From contig CM075997.1 of NCBI GenBank assembly GCA_038087875.1, positions 558,001 to 622,000 on the forward strand: a DNA stretch of 64,000 nucleotides. Reading direction: 5' to 3'. This DNA comes from Malacoraja senta. Its lineage: Eukaryota. The notes under the pieces are model-generated. The model ran no database searches and was not told the origin of the DNA. It was given only the letters and a program-made list of their open reading frames with translations. Each line of letters opens with the position of its first letter. Positions within the stretch are counted from its first letter, which is position 1. Both the position numbers and the translations under genes were made by a program. Positions 25,156 to 37,873 of the stretch are shown here, in pieces.

Positions 25156-26541
25156 GTGAGTAGAGGAACAACACTATGGCTCTGCGTACATTCACAGTTA
25201 CTTGCCCAAGGCAACCTTCCCCAATCTTCCACTGTGCTGAATGAGCTCAATGGACGTGGAGAGGATGTTTCCACTAGTGGGAGAGTCTAGGACCAGATGT
25301 CACAGCCTAAGAGTTTAGTTTAGGTTAGAGATACAACGTGGAAACAGGCCCTTCGGCCCACCGAGTCCGTGCCGACTCGCGATCCCCGCGTATTAGCACG
25401 ATCCTATGTTATCGTTACGTACAGACAGCACCCATAGTCAGGATTTAACTCGGGTCCCTGGCGCTGTGAGACTGTAACTCGACCGCTGCGCCACCATGCC
25501 CCCTCTGAAGGACGTTACTTTAGGAAGATGAGGAGGAATTTCTTTAGTCAGAGGGTGGTGAATCTGTGGAATTCTTTGCCACAGAAGGTTGTGGAGGCCA
25601 AGTCAATGGATATCCTTAATGCTGAGATAGACATATTCTTGATTAGTACGGGTGTCAGGGGTTACGTGGAGAAGGCAGGAGAATGGGGTTAGGAGGAAGA
25701 GATGATTGAATGGCGGAGTAGACTTGATGGGCCAAATGGCCTAATCCTGCTTCTGTCACACGAACTTATGTGCCCTCTTAGCCATTGGTGTACCATCACA
25801 GGATGAGCAGCAGAAGTTCCAGAAGCTGGCATAGTCTAGATGGGACGAATGGCCTTCAATGTTATGAAATATGGCGAGGTGGCTCATCTCACAGGGCAGT
25901 TTGGGACGAACAGTAAAATTGTCTACAATTCCAGATATCCCCCCAAAATATGTGTCTGTAAATTTGAAAGTTTGATGTGCCGATCCGCGCAGTATGTCCA
26001 AAGTTTAAAGTCTATAAAGTTAGACGAAGTTTTTGTACGCTCAACATATTACTGTAGATACATTTCTTTTTTCAATAAAATATTTTTTGTTTTCCTGGCG
26101 TTGGGAAGTTTGGAGTGGGACTTTTCACTTGAAGGACCTCAATCTGTTCGTAGCAGCAAGTTCAGTTCAGTTAATTTTATTGTCACGCGCAGCGAGTTAC
26201 AGTGAAAAGCGTTTGTCACGTGCAAAGAACTGCAGATGCCGGTTAAAAGACGCAAAGTGCTGGAGTAACTCAGCAGGGCAGACAGCATCTCCCAGAACAT
26301 GTCTTTGGGACTTGATGGCAGGGAGCGAGCGAGCGTTTAGGAGAGATTTCCATAAGAGACACATACAGTGCTGGAGTGACTCAGTGGGTCAAGCAGCATT
26401 TGTGGAGACCAAGAATAGGCGGCATTTTGGATCTGAACCCTTCTTCAGACTGAATGATCAATTTGGCGAAGGGCCTTGACTGATCATTCTCATATTTGTG
26501 AGTATCGACTTGTAAAAATGCCAGTTGCTATTTTTCCACAG

Positions 26542-26707
26542 ATGGCCCTTATCTTCAGTGAAGATGGCTTGCGGGACATCAGTCTTCCCTGTGTGATACA
26601 GAGTTTCATCAATCACAACGCTGTCCTCTACAAAGTCTTTGTGGTCGGGCAGTCACATTTTGTGGTTAAGAGGCCATCTCTGAGGAACTTTGCAATTGGT
26701 AAATCAG
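26542..26707 (+). CDS. ITPK1: ITPK1-like coding exon 7
   Basis: MALIFSEDGLRDISLPCVIQSFINHNAVLYKVFVVGQSHFVVKRPSLRNFAIGKS; 166 nt. Confidence 0.96.
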
Positions 26708-27660
26708 GTTAGTTCATTCAGCTGGTCTGGTATAATTCCCCATTGTTGTTGAGGTGAAGTGGTTTCAGCAGGGCTGGGACTCTATTCCTTGGAGCGCAGG
26801 GGGATGAGGGGTGGTCTTATGGAGGTGTACAAAATCATGAGAGGAATAGATCGGGTAGACGCACAGAGTCTCTTGCCCAGAGTAGGGGAATCGAAGACCA
26901 GAGGACATAGGTTTAAGGTGAAGGTGAAAAGATTTCATAGGAATCTGAGGGGTAACCTTTTCACACAAGGGGTGGTGGTGGGTGTATGGAACGAGCTGCC
27001 AGAGGAGATAGTTGAGGCTGGGACTATCCCAACAGTTAAGAAACAGTTAGAAAGGTACATGGATAGGACGGGTTTGGAGGGATATGGACCAAGCGCGGGC
27101 AGGTGGGACTAGTGTAACAAACCCCATGTTGGCCGGTGTGGGCAAGTTGGGCTGAAGGGGCTGTTTCCACACTGTGTCTTTCACGTTAGGTTTAGGTTCA
27201 TTATTGTCACTAGGGCGGCACGGTGGCGCAGCGGTAGAGTTGCTGCCTCACAGAGCTAGAGACCCAGGTTCGATCCTCACTACGGGTGCTGTCTGTATGG
27301 AGTTTGCACATTCTCCCTGTAGGTTTTCTCCAGGTGCTCCGGTTTCCTCCCACACCCCAAAGACCTGCTGGCTTGTAGTTTAATTGGCTTCGGTAAAAAT
27401 TGTAAATTGTCTCTAGTGTGTGTAGGATAGTGTTGGTGTACGGGGATCGCTGGTCGGCACGGACCCGGTGAGACCAAGGGCCTGTTTCTGCGCTGTAATG
27501 TCTAAAGTCTAGAGTGTACCAAGGCACAGTATGCTATCCAAAGAGATCAGATATATCATAGATTCGTCAAACTCAAGTATAATGGATAGAACAAAGAGGA
27601 AGATACACAGTGCAGAATAGTTCTCAACACTGTAGTGCAACTGTTCCTTAGACAAAGCCC

Positions 27661-28091
27661 AAAGCCTTACATTTGGAAAAAATTAGATATGTCTTAATTG
27701 ACAAACCAGAATTATTTACTAAAATATGGTCTCCATTTATAGATTATCTGAAGGGGTAGACTGGGCCGGAGCAGAGGCCTGACTGAAACCCAAACCCAGG
27801 ACTTATGTTTTCTGACCTATGGACCTATCTCCTAAGTTGTATTATTGATAGTTGATCTTATTTTTTTTCTAATTTCTTCTCTTGATTTCTTTATTTTTCT
27901 TATCTATAAACATAAATAAATAATTAGAGGCAATGTTAATATGTAACCGATAAAGGAGGAACCCCAGCTCCTTTGGTAACTGGATCCCCGCAACCCTGGA
28001 TACTTAATATGTAATCGTTAAACAAAGTTTGTATTGGTTTGGAGTATGATATGCAGATAACTCTAATAAAAATTTAAATTAAAAAAAAAAA
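27661..28091 (+). mobile_element. L1-clade LINE 3' end
   Basis: LHLEKIRYVLIDKPELFTKIWSPFIDYL (L1 ORF2 C-terminus), then AATAAA and poly(A). Confidence 0.7.
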
Positions 28092-28560
28092 GTCAAAGGT
28101 CAATGCCCTCATTGGGGACATTAGAATTGAACGTATGGGAGGAAACCGGAGCATCCGGAGAAAACTCGCGGGGAGAATGTACAAACTCCATACAGACAGC
28201 ATCCCATAGTCGGGATCGAACCTGGGTCTCTGGCGCCGTGAGGCAGCAAGTCTACCCGTGCAGCGGGGTTGAAGAGTTTGATAGGAAGATGTTATTCTTG
28301 AACCTGGAGGTGGTTGGAGGTCTGGCTCCTGTACTTTCCAATAAGATTTTCTTGATCATCTGCCCTCTGTTTGGCCAGCGTTGGGTATCCATCTCCTGAC
28401 GTGTAGGTTGGCGTCAGACTGTAGCTGAGACTGAGAGCGGGCATGGTGGGCAGATCTGTGGGTGGTTTAACAAGCGTGCAGGTTGGTGGTGGTGGGAGGG
28501 AAGAGGGGAGATGGTTTGTGGACGGAGTAAACGGCTTACGTTTGGGCTTTTCTTCCACAG

Positions 28561-28628
28561 ATCGGCAAACTATATTTTTTAATAGTCACGAGGTTTCGAA
28601 GCCGGAATCTCGCTCACACCTAACAGAG
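28561..28628 (+). CDS. ITPK1: ITPK1-like coding exon 8
   Basis: DRQTIFFNSHEVSKPESRSHLTE; 68 nt with GTAAGT donor. Confidence 0.95.
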
Positions 28629-28640
28629 GTAAGTCGGTGA

Positions 28641-29110
28641 ATGTCAGGACTTTCATATGAAGAAAGACTGGATAGACTTGGCTTATACTCGCTAGAATTT
28701 AGGAGATTGAGAGGGGATCTTATAGAAACGTACAAAATTCTTATGGGGTTGGACAGGCTAGATGCAGGAAGATTGTTCCCGATGTTGGGGAAGTCCAGAA
28801 CAAGAGGTCACAGCTTAAGGATAAGGGGGAAATCCTTTAAGACCGAGATGAGGAAAAACTTTTTCACACAGAGAGTGGTGAATCTCTGGAACTCTCTGCC
28901 ACAGAGGGTAGTTGAGGCCAGTTCATTGGCTATATTTAAGAGGGAGTTAGATGTGGTCCTTGTGGCTAAAGGGATCAGGGGGTATGGAGAGAAGGCAGGT
29001 ACGGGATACTGAGTTGGATGATCAGCCATGATCATATTGAATGGCGGTGCAGGCTCGAAGGGCCAAATGGCCTACTCCTGCACCTATTTTCTATGTATCT
29101 ATGTATCTAT
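28641..29110 (+). mobile_element. Young CR1/HER1-type LINE 3' fragment
   Basis: Uninterrupted 123-aa ORF2 tail and a (TATG/TATC)-like tail; nearly identical to 51542-52007. Confidence 0.92.
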
Positions 29111-30447
29111 GAATTTCCCAGTGAGCGATGGAGGCTCGTTCTCATTCTCAACTCTGCGGTGGCGCAGCAGGTGGAGCTGCTGCCTTACAGCGCCAGAGAC
29201 CCGGGTTCGATGCTGACCACGGGTGCTGTCTGTACAGAGTTTGTACGTTCTCCCCGTGACCTGCGTGGGTTTTTTCCGGGTGCTCCGGTTTCCTCCCACA
29301 CTCCAAACACGTACAGGTTTGTAGGCTGTTGTGTTAAAGAAGGAACTGCAGATGCTGGAAAATCGAAGGTACACAAAAATGCTGGAGAAACTCAGCGGGT
29401 GCAGCAGCATCTATGGAGCGAAGGAAATAGGCAACGTTTCGGGCCGAAACCCTTCTTCAGACTACCCTCTGATCAGTCAATAATCAGTCTGAAGAAGGGT
29501 TTCGGCCCGAAACGTTGCCTATTTCCTTCGCTCCATAGATGCTGCTGCACCCGCTGAGTTTCTCCAGCATTTTTGTGTACCTCAGGTTTGTAGGCTAATT
29601 GGCTTGGTATAGATGTAAATTGTCCCTAGTGTGTGTAGGATAGTGTGAGTGTGTGGGGATCGCAGCTCGGCGCGAACTCGGTGGAATGAAGGGCTTGTTT
29701 CTATAAACTAAATTAAACTCTAATCTGAAAGACGGGCATTAAATTCTCACAAAAACAGAATTCCCCTTGTTGCTGTCGGCTGGCACAGTGATCCTGACCT
29801 CGGGTGCTGTCCATGTGGAGTTTGCACGTTCTCCAGGGGGACTGTGTTGGTTTTCTCCGGGTGCCCTGTTTTCCTCCCACGTCCCAAAACGTGCGGGTTT
29901 GTAGAATAATTGCCCCCTGAATGTGTCGCTAGAAGATCAGAAATCGGGATAACATAGAACTAGTGTGAGCGGGTGTGTAGCGATACAGTGTGGAAACAGG
30001 CCCTTCGGCCCATCCTGTCCACGCTGACCAGCGATCACCTGTATACACTCATAAGGTCATTAGGAGTAGAATTAGGCCATTCGGCCCATCAAGTCTACTC
30101 CGTTATTCAGTCATGGCTGATCTATCTCTCTCCTGACTTCTCCCCGTAACCTCTGACACCCGTACCAATCAAGAATCTATCTATCTCTGCCTTAAATATA
30201 TCCACTGACTTGGCCTCCACAGCCGTCTGTGGCAAAGAATTCCACAGACTCACCACCCTCTGACTAAAGACATTTTTCCTCATCTCCTTCCTAAAAGATA
30301 CTAGTTCAATCTTACACACTGGGTACAATTTACAGAAGCTACGTAAGCTACAAACCTTTGTCTCTGATGCTTCCCTCAATAGCTCTTGCCTTTTACCCTG
30401 GATTCCATGTGTCATATAGCCCTGTTTCTTTCTCTTTCTTTCGGCAG

Positions 30448-30610
30448 AGAGATGAATGGGGGGAGCAGCCTAGCGGCCCGTCAGATGGGATCATTCAGTC
30501 CATCAGCCGATGTCTGCAGGTCTCACTCGGACTGTCGCTCTTTGGTGTAGATGTCATCATTGACAGCAAGACTGGCAAGCTGGCCATCATTGATATCAAC
30601 GCCTTCCCAG
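30448..30610 (+). CDS. ITPK1: ITPK1-like coding exon 9
   Basis: RDEWGEQPSGPSDGIIQSISRCLQVSLGLSLFGVDVIIDSKTGKLAIIDINAFP, containing the ATP-grasp FGxD and DINAFPG motifs; 163 nt. Confidence 0.96.
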
Positions 30611-30646
30611 GTTCGTTCCCATCACCCTGGGCTGTGGCTGTGTGGC

Positions 30647-31242
30647 TTAGAAACATAGAAACATAGAAAATAGGTGCAGGAGTGGGCCATTTGGCCCTTC
30701 GAGCCTGCACCGCCATTCAATATGATCATGGCTGATCATCCAACTCAGTATCCTGTACCTGCCTTCTCTCCATATCCCCTGATCCCTTTAGCCACAAGGG
30801 CCACATCTAACTCCCTCTTAAATACAGCCAATGAACTGGCCTCAACTACCCTCTGTGGCAGAGAATTACACAGATTCACCACTCTCTGTGTGAAAAATGT
30901 TTTTCTCATCTCGGTCCTAAAAGATTTCCCCCTTATCCTTAAACTGTGACCCCTTGTTCTGGACTTCCCCAACATCGGGAACAATCTTCCTGCATCTAGC
31001 CTGTCCAACCCCTTAAGAATTTTGTACGTTTCTATAAGATCCCCCCCTCAATCTTCTAAATTCTAGCGAGTACAAGCCGAGTCTATCCAGCCTTTCTTCA
31101 TATGAAAGTCCTGACATCCCAGGAATCAGTCTGGTGAACCTTCTCTGTACTCCCTCTATGGCAAGAATGTCTTTCCTCAGATTTGGAGACCAAAACTGTA
31201 CGCAATACTCCAGGTGTGGTCTCACCAAGACCCTGTACAACT
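30647..31242 (-). mobile_element. CR1/HER1-type LINE 3' fragment
   Basis: [41 protein letters not shown] on the minus strand. Confidence 0.9.
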
Positions 31243-31698
31243 GGGTTCCCCGATACTTGCCGCTGATTAGACAGCACGCAACCAAAGCCTTTCACTGTAC
31301 CTCGGTTTCTGGAATCAGAGGGGTAACGTCTTCACACATGGCGGTCAGGGTGGCCCAGCGGTAGAGTTGCTGCCTCACAGCAGAGACCCGGGTTCGATCC
31401 CGACTACGGGTGCTGTCTGTACGGAGTTTGTACCTTCTCCCCGTGACCTGCGTGGGTTTTCTCCAAGATCTTCGGTTCCCTCCCACGCTCCAAAGACGTA
31501 CAGGTTTGTAGGTTAATTGGCTTGGTGTAAGTGTAAATTGTCCCCAGAACGCAACAAAAAGCTTTTTGCTCCACACATGACAATTATAAACCAAACTAAA
31601 CTCTTCGAACCACAATTTTTTCAGATGGGCCACTTACTCTTTGTCCTTGCTCTCTCCCCCTGACCCTCCCCTCCCCCCCCCCCCTCCGCATCCCACAG

Positions 31699-31928
31699 GA
31701 TACGAGGACGTTCCTGAATTTTTCGATGCCCTGTTGGACCACGTTGAGACGCTGCTGCGTGAACGGGAAGGGGAAGGGAACGGCGACGCTGGGAATGCCG
31801 GAGACGGGCAGGAGGTCCCTCGGCACCGGTGCCAGATACCCCCGGAGACCCCCCGGAGGGACTTGGTCCCCAGGAGTCGGGCAAGGGAGACCTGGGTGGC
31901 AGAAGGCGGCACGGTGGCGCAGCGGTAG
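31699..31928 (+). CDS. ITPK1: ITPK1-like coding exon 10 (terminal)
   Basis: GYEDVPEFFDALLDHVETLLR..GGTVAQR*. The spliced CDS totals 1128 nt (375 aa plus stop) with all phases compatible. Confidence 0.88.
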
Positions 31929-32195
31929 AGTCGCTGCCTCCCAGCGCCGGTGGCCCTGGTTCGATCCTGACTACGGGTGCTGTCTGTACGGAGTTTGCAC
32001 GTTCTCCCTGTGACTTTTCTCCAGGTTCTCCGGTTTCCGTCCACACTCCAAAGGCGTACAGGTTTGCAGGTTAATTGTCTTTGGTAGAATTGTAAAAATT
32101 GTCCCTGGTGTATAGGATAGCATTAATGTATGTGGCCGGCACGGACTCGGTGGGCCGAAGGGCCTGTTTCCGCGCTGTATGTCTAAAGTTTAAAG
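31905..32195 (+). mobile_element. tRNA-derived V-SINE overlapping the ITPK1-like stop codon
   Basis: GGCGGCACGGTGGCGCAGCGGTAGAG head, B box at about 31958, V-domain and tail. Confidence 0.88.
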
Positions 32196-32258
32196 TCTAC
32201 AAAGTTTGAAGAAGTTTTTGTACGCTCAACATATTACTGTAGATACATTTCTTTTTTC

Positions 32259-32264
32259 AATAAA
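32259..32264 (+). promoter_or_regulatory. Candidate poly(A) signal of the ITPK1-like gene
   Basis: AATAAA about 330 nt after the stop, followed by T/GT-rich sequence. Confidence 0.55.
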
Positions 32265-34120
32265 ATATTTTTTGTTTTCCGGGCGTTGGGAAGTTTGGAG
32301 TGTGACTTTTCACTTGAAGGACCTCATTTTGTTTGTAGCAGCAAGTTCAGTTCAGTTAATTTTATTGTCACGCGCAGCGAGTTACAGTGAAAAGCTTTTG
32401 TCGAGTGCAAAGGACTGCAGATGCCGGTTAAAAGACGCAAAGTGCTGGAGTAACTCAGCAGGGCAGACAGCATCTCCCAGAACATGTCTTTGGGACTTGA
32501 TGGCAGGGAGCGAGCGAGCGTATGGGAGAGATTTCCATAAGAGACACATACAGTGCTGGAGTGACTCAGTGGGTCAAGCAGCATTTGTGGAGACCAAGAA
32601 TAGGCGGCATTTTGGATCTGAACCCTTCTTCAGACTGAATTATCAATTTGGCGAAGGGCCTTGACCTGAAACATCGCTTATCCATGTTCTCCAGAGATGC
32701 TGCCTGAGTTATCCAGGATTCTGCTTCTTTTGTAAACCAGCATCTGCAGTTCCTTGTTTCTGTATTTCTATAATGTTATCACTGATGCCCTGTAGCTAAT
32801 GAACAACTATGGGTGAGGGGAGAGAGTTTGGGGAGGGGGGGGAAGAGAGTTTGGGGAGGGAGAGAGACTTGGAGAGGAGAGAGTGGTGGGTGGGGGGGAG
32901 GTGGAGGGGGAGAATAGAGAGAGAGGGAGAGAGACATAGGAAGGGGATATTCCATAGATGCTGCTGCACCCGCTGAGTTTCTCCAGCATTTTTGTCTACC
33001 TTCGATTTTCCAGCCTTTGCAGTTCCTTCTTAAACAAATAGGAAGGGGACTTGTGTAAAGGCCCCGCTGGGAGCTGGCAGGAACTCGATGGGCCAAATGG
33101 CCTCGTGCGTTTGTGATGAGGGCAACCTTGCCTGAAAGTAACTCAGACAGTTATGGTGATTCCAGAGCAAAATTTTATTTTCTCACAAGTATTGTGTGTA
33201 AATACAGATAAACGGTGGAGCCAAACTGTGTCACTGACTGCGAGTAAACGCCTCAGGCACCTTCGGTAATACACGATACTCAATTACCATGGCAACCAAT
33301 GCAAAATGCTCAAAAAATACATAATAGTTAACAATAATGAGACAAGTATGGTTTCCAGAAAAGAGCATATTAATATAACAGTCCAAGTGTGGCAATGTCA
33401 TTCAATCAATGAAACGCTACGACGGTTTTATTATTGTCTTATGTACCGAGCTACAGTGAAATCTGTTTTTTTCCATACGTCGAAACACAGAAAATAGGTG
33501 CAGGAGTAGGACATTCAGCCCTTCGAGCCAGCACCGCCATTCAATATGATCACGGCTGATCATCCAGAATCAGTACCCCGTTCCTGCTTTCTCCCCATAT
33601 CCCTTGATTCCGTTAGCCCCAAGAGCTAAATCTAACTCTCTCGTGAAAACATCCAGTGAATTGGCCTCCACTGCCTTCTGTGGCAGAGAATTCCACAGAT
33701 TCACAACTCTCTGGGTGAAATTTTTTTTTCCTCATCTCAGTCCTAAATGGCCTACCCCTTATTCTTAAACTGTGTGTGACCCCTGGTTCTGCACTACCCC
33801 CAATATCAGGACCATTTTTCCTTCACAGTTCTCTGTAAAGTATTATTTATACCCAAGCACAATCTAGCTTGGGTACAAAATGTACAGCAATAGCCCACTG
33901 AGACAATATACAAGTCGCCAGGTTTTATTTGAGAAGGGGGGGGGGGGGTAAGGGTTACTCGAGTCTGAAGAAGGATCCCGTCCCGAAAAACGTCACCTAT
34001 CTGTGTTCCCCTGTGCCTGACCCGCTGTGTTACTCCAGCAAATGGACCATCTGCAGGCAGACAAGATCAGTTTAACTAATCTGTCAATTAGTCTGTCTAA
34101 TCTGTCTAACATCAGCGGGA

Positions 34121-34756
34121 AATGACCGAGACACTACATATAGAAAAAAATAAGGCTGGTTTTGTCCGACAAACCAGGTCAAATTTCCAAAATATGGTCT
34201 CCTTTCATTGAATTTCTTCAACAACATAATGGTGGAACACAAATTCAAAACTGACGCGAGGGTCGGGTGAGCGGGCGTAGGGAAGGGCAGTGGGATATAT
34301 CGCCACTTTTTTCACTTCTTCATTAGTTCAGGGTTTTTTTCTTTTTTCTCTTTCATGTCTTTTTTGAAATTCTTCCTTTTCTTTTCTTTTTCTTCTTCCT
34401 TTCCTCTCCAGGGACTAACGTTACTGTCCCATTTTAAATTTGGTGTCTTTTTTTAATTTGCTGTTTTTTCCCCCTTTTTCTTCCCTCCCTCCCACAAATA
34501 TATGATTCTGTTCCACTCTGTAGTTTTTTGGTTTTTTTTGCACAATTCGCGAGCATTGCCACTTTTCATTTCACTGCACATCTCGTATGTGTATGTGACC
34601 AACAAACTTGACTTGATTGTCCCTCCTTTCCTTTTTTCTTTAGTTATCAGTTTATAAAATGTTATAATTGAAGCAGTAAGAAAATTGTATAATTGCTATG
34701 TCGATTTTTCTCCTTGTACAATTGCTTCTAATAAAATGAATATTTAAAAAACCCGA
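34121..34756 (+). mobile_element. L1-clade LINE 3' end with a 12-bp target-site duplication
   Basis: LHIEKIRLVLSDKPGQISKIWSPFIEFL; ACATCAGCGGGA on both sides (34109-34120 and 34757-34768). Confidence 0.7.
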
Positions 34757-34861
34757 CATCAGCGGGACAGGCGGCATCTCTGGAGAGAAGGGATGGGTGA
34801 CGTTTCGGGTCGAGAACCATCTTCAGACCGTATTATTTGTGTATTATCTGACCTGATTTTC

Positions 34862-35284
34862 CTTCTCCTCCATGTCTACAAAGCCCTCAATGGGCTTGCC
34901 CCCACCTACATCAAAAGTCTGCTCACCCACCACTCCACCTCCAGGTCCCTCAGATCGGCCGACTTGGGGTTGCTGAACATCCCGCGGTCTAGGAATAAGC
35001 TCAGGGGCGACAGTGCCTTTGCGGTTGCAGCTCCTAGACTGTGGAACAGCATCCCCCTTCCCATCAGAACTGCCCCCTCCATCAAGTCGAGACTTAAAAC
35101 TCATCTCTACTCCCAAGCCTTTCTTGACGTCCTCTGAGCGAGGGCTACATGTATGTAGTGATGTTTGTACTTAATCTATGAACCACTGTTGTATAACATT
35201 AGTAGCTCCACCAATGTAAAGCGCTTTGGCCAACGAGAGTTGTTTTTTAAATGTGCTATATAAATAAAAGTGACTTGACTTGAT
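34862..35284 (+). mobile_element. L2-clade LINE 3' end
   Basis: HVYKALNGLAPTYI..RSLRSAD..AFAVAAPRLWNSIP..KSRLKTHLY, then a (GACTT)n tail. A second copy is at about 23210-23480. Confidence 0.85.
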
Positions 35285-35619
35285 TGGATAGCAAGTGAAA
35301 CAAAGCTTTTAACTTTACCTCAGTACATGTGACCAAAATAAACCTAACCCTAACTCAAGGAAAGGTGTTAAATTCTACATTTCCATTCTTTCATTGATGG
35401 GATGACATTGCCATTGAGCAGAAGAACACTGACAAGTGGAATTATATACCATGCATCACTGCACCCTGTCCGTGCTCGGTGAAGCTTTGGACCATAACAG
35501 TACAGAGCCAGGGATGGCGATGGCGATGGCGATGGCGATGGCGATGGGCTACACGTCAACAGAAGGGGGGGGGGCCAATGTGGTGGGAGGCAATGGCCAC
35601 CATTGGGAATGAATGGCTC

Positions 35620-35703
35620 TCAACCCCGCTGGATGTCCCGCAGTTTGTCCGCCACGTCCTTCAGCTCCCGCTCAATCTCCGCCAGGTTCCTCAGCTCGTG
35701 TTC
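35620..35703 (-). CDS. CHGA: Chromogranin-like terminal exon
   Basis: EHELRNLAEIERELKDVADKLRDIQRG*, the granin C-terminal signature (CHGA DQELESLSAIEAELEKVAHQLQALRRG); 84 nt with a CAG acceptor. The symbol indicates family only; orthology is uncertain. Confidence 0.85.
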   Translation of the reverse strand, partial: EHELRNLAEIERELKDVADKLRDIQRG

Positions 35704-37019
35704 CTGCAGGAAGGGACGGAAGCAGAATCTGATCACCGACCCGCTTTTATCAAGCGTTCATTAAGTCCATTATTCCCCACAGAGAGGGGTCAGTCTGTGG
35801 AATTCTCTGCCTCAGAGGGCGGTGGAGGCCGGTTCTCTGGATACTTTCAAGAGAGAGCTAGATAGGGCTCTTGAAGATAGCGGAGTCAGGGGGATATGGG
35901 GAGAAGGCAGGAACGGGTTACTGATTGGGGATGATCAGCCATGATGACATTGAATGGTGGTGCTGGCTCAAAGGGCTGAATGGCCTATTCCTGCACCTAT
36001 TGTCTATTGTCATAAGGGATAGGAGCAGGTTTAGGCCATTCGGCCCATCAAGTTTACTCCGCCATTCAATCATGGCTGTTCTATCTCTCCCTCCTAACCC
36101 TATTCTTCTACCTTCTCCCCATAGCCCCTGACACCCGTACTAATCAACAATCTGTCTATCTTTGCTTAAAAATATCCATTGGCCTCCACAGCCTCCTGTG
36201 GCAAAGAATTTCACAGATTCACCACCCTCTGACTAAAGAAATTCCTCCTCATCTCCTTCCTAAAAGAACGTCCTTCAATTCTGAGGCTGTGACCTCTAGT
36301 GCTAGACTCTCCCACCAGTGGAAACATCCTCTCCACATACACTCTAACCAAGCCTTTCACCATTCTGTACATTTCAATCATTCTTCTAAACTCCAGCGAG
36401 TACAGGCCCAGCGCTGGCAAACGCTCATCATTAATTAACCCACTCATTCCTGGGATCAATCTTGTAAACCCCCTATGGGTCCTCTCCAGAGCCAGCACAT
36501 CCTTCCTCAGATATGGGGCCCACAATTGCCCACAAAAGGTAGAAGCAAAGTGCTGGAGTAACTCAGCGGGTCAGGCAGCATCTCTGGAGAAAAGGAATAG
36601 GTGACGTATCAGGTTGAGGCCCTTCTTCAGACTATTATGGGGAGTTGTGACCATTCCTTTCCCTCCCCCTCACCTGAGGAAGTGGAGAAAACTTTGTTTA
36701 ATTTACTTTAGAGATACAGCACGGAAACAGGCCCTTCGGCCCATCTAGTCGGCACCAACCAGCGATCATCCTGTAAACTAACTCTATCCTACACACACTA
36801 GGGACAATTTACAATTTTACCAAAGCCAATCAACCTACAAACCTGTCCGCCTTTGGAGTGTGGGGGGAAACCGGAGCACCCGGAGAGAACTTACGCGGTC
36901 ACAGGGAGAACGTGCAAACTCCGTACAGACAGCGGCCTTAGTCAGGATCGAACCCGGGTCTCTGGCGCTGTGTGGCAGCAGCTCTACCCGCTGCACCGTG
37001 CCGGGCCCGACGTACTCAC

Positions 37020-37873
37020 CTCGTGCTTCAGTTTTCTTTCTTCTTCCTCTCCGTCTCCCTCCTCTCCCTCCTCGTCCACCTTGCTGTTCCCCAGCCCGCG
37101 GTGCCTCTTCCACTGGTAGACAACGTCATCTTCACGTCTCTGCTTCGTGTCCAGACGATGGAGTCTCTTATCTCCACGAGGCTGCTGCTTGTCCCCGTTG
37201 CCCTGCGGGTGGCTTTGTGCCTCCAGGATCTTCAGTCCTTTCTGCTCGGCTACAAACTGGTCGGTTTCTTCATCGCTGGCGTTCTCCTCCACTCGCTTGC
37301 TGGCGTTTGGCTGGCCGATCCCATTCCCATTCCCATTCCTCCTGGCGACGCCACCTTCCCGTTCCTTCCTCTCCCCCTCCCCCTCCTCGTCCTCTCTGCT
37401 CTCCAACTCCTGCTTGGCGACCTTCTCGATCAGCTCTTCCACCTTGAGGCCCTCTCGCCCCTCCTGCCCAAGCTCAATGGCGCTTTGATAGTCTTCCTCA
37501 GATAACTCGCCATGTCCCTTCTCGAAACCGCCTTTGTCTTCATCACTGAACTCTTCCTTGCTTGCTCGCATTCCGACCTTGGTGTTATCTTCGCCAGTGA
37601 TGACGTCTCTGTCCTTGCGTTGCTCCTTGTTCTTCACCTCTTGCCCTTGATCAAACCTCTTCACCTCCCCCTCTTCCATCGAAGGGGCGTTCGTCTTCAC
37701 GTGGGACCCCCCTTGGCTGACGATGGGCTCCCTCCACTCATCGCCCCCCTCCTTCTTCAGTGACGCAAGCCTCTTCTCCAAGTTGTCCTCCTCATTCCAC
37801 TCCATGCTTTCTGCCCTCGGGTAGTTCCACTTTTTGTCACTTTTCAGAGGCATTTGCTGGACTGAACTCTGGC
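37020..37873 (-). CDS. CHGA: Chromogranin-like large acidic exon (854 nt)
   Basis: Glu-rich ORF (track 36984-37892) with many KR/RK/RR dibasic sites. Acceptor TTCAG in phase 1 and donor GTGAGT in phase 0 match the flanking exons. Confidence 0.85.

Noticed and set aside
26033..26479. Duplicated approximately 150-aa ORF (also at 32206-32664)
   Set aside because: It runs through UTR-like and Penelope-derived sequence, and the similarity is explained by the local duplication.
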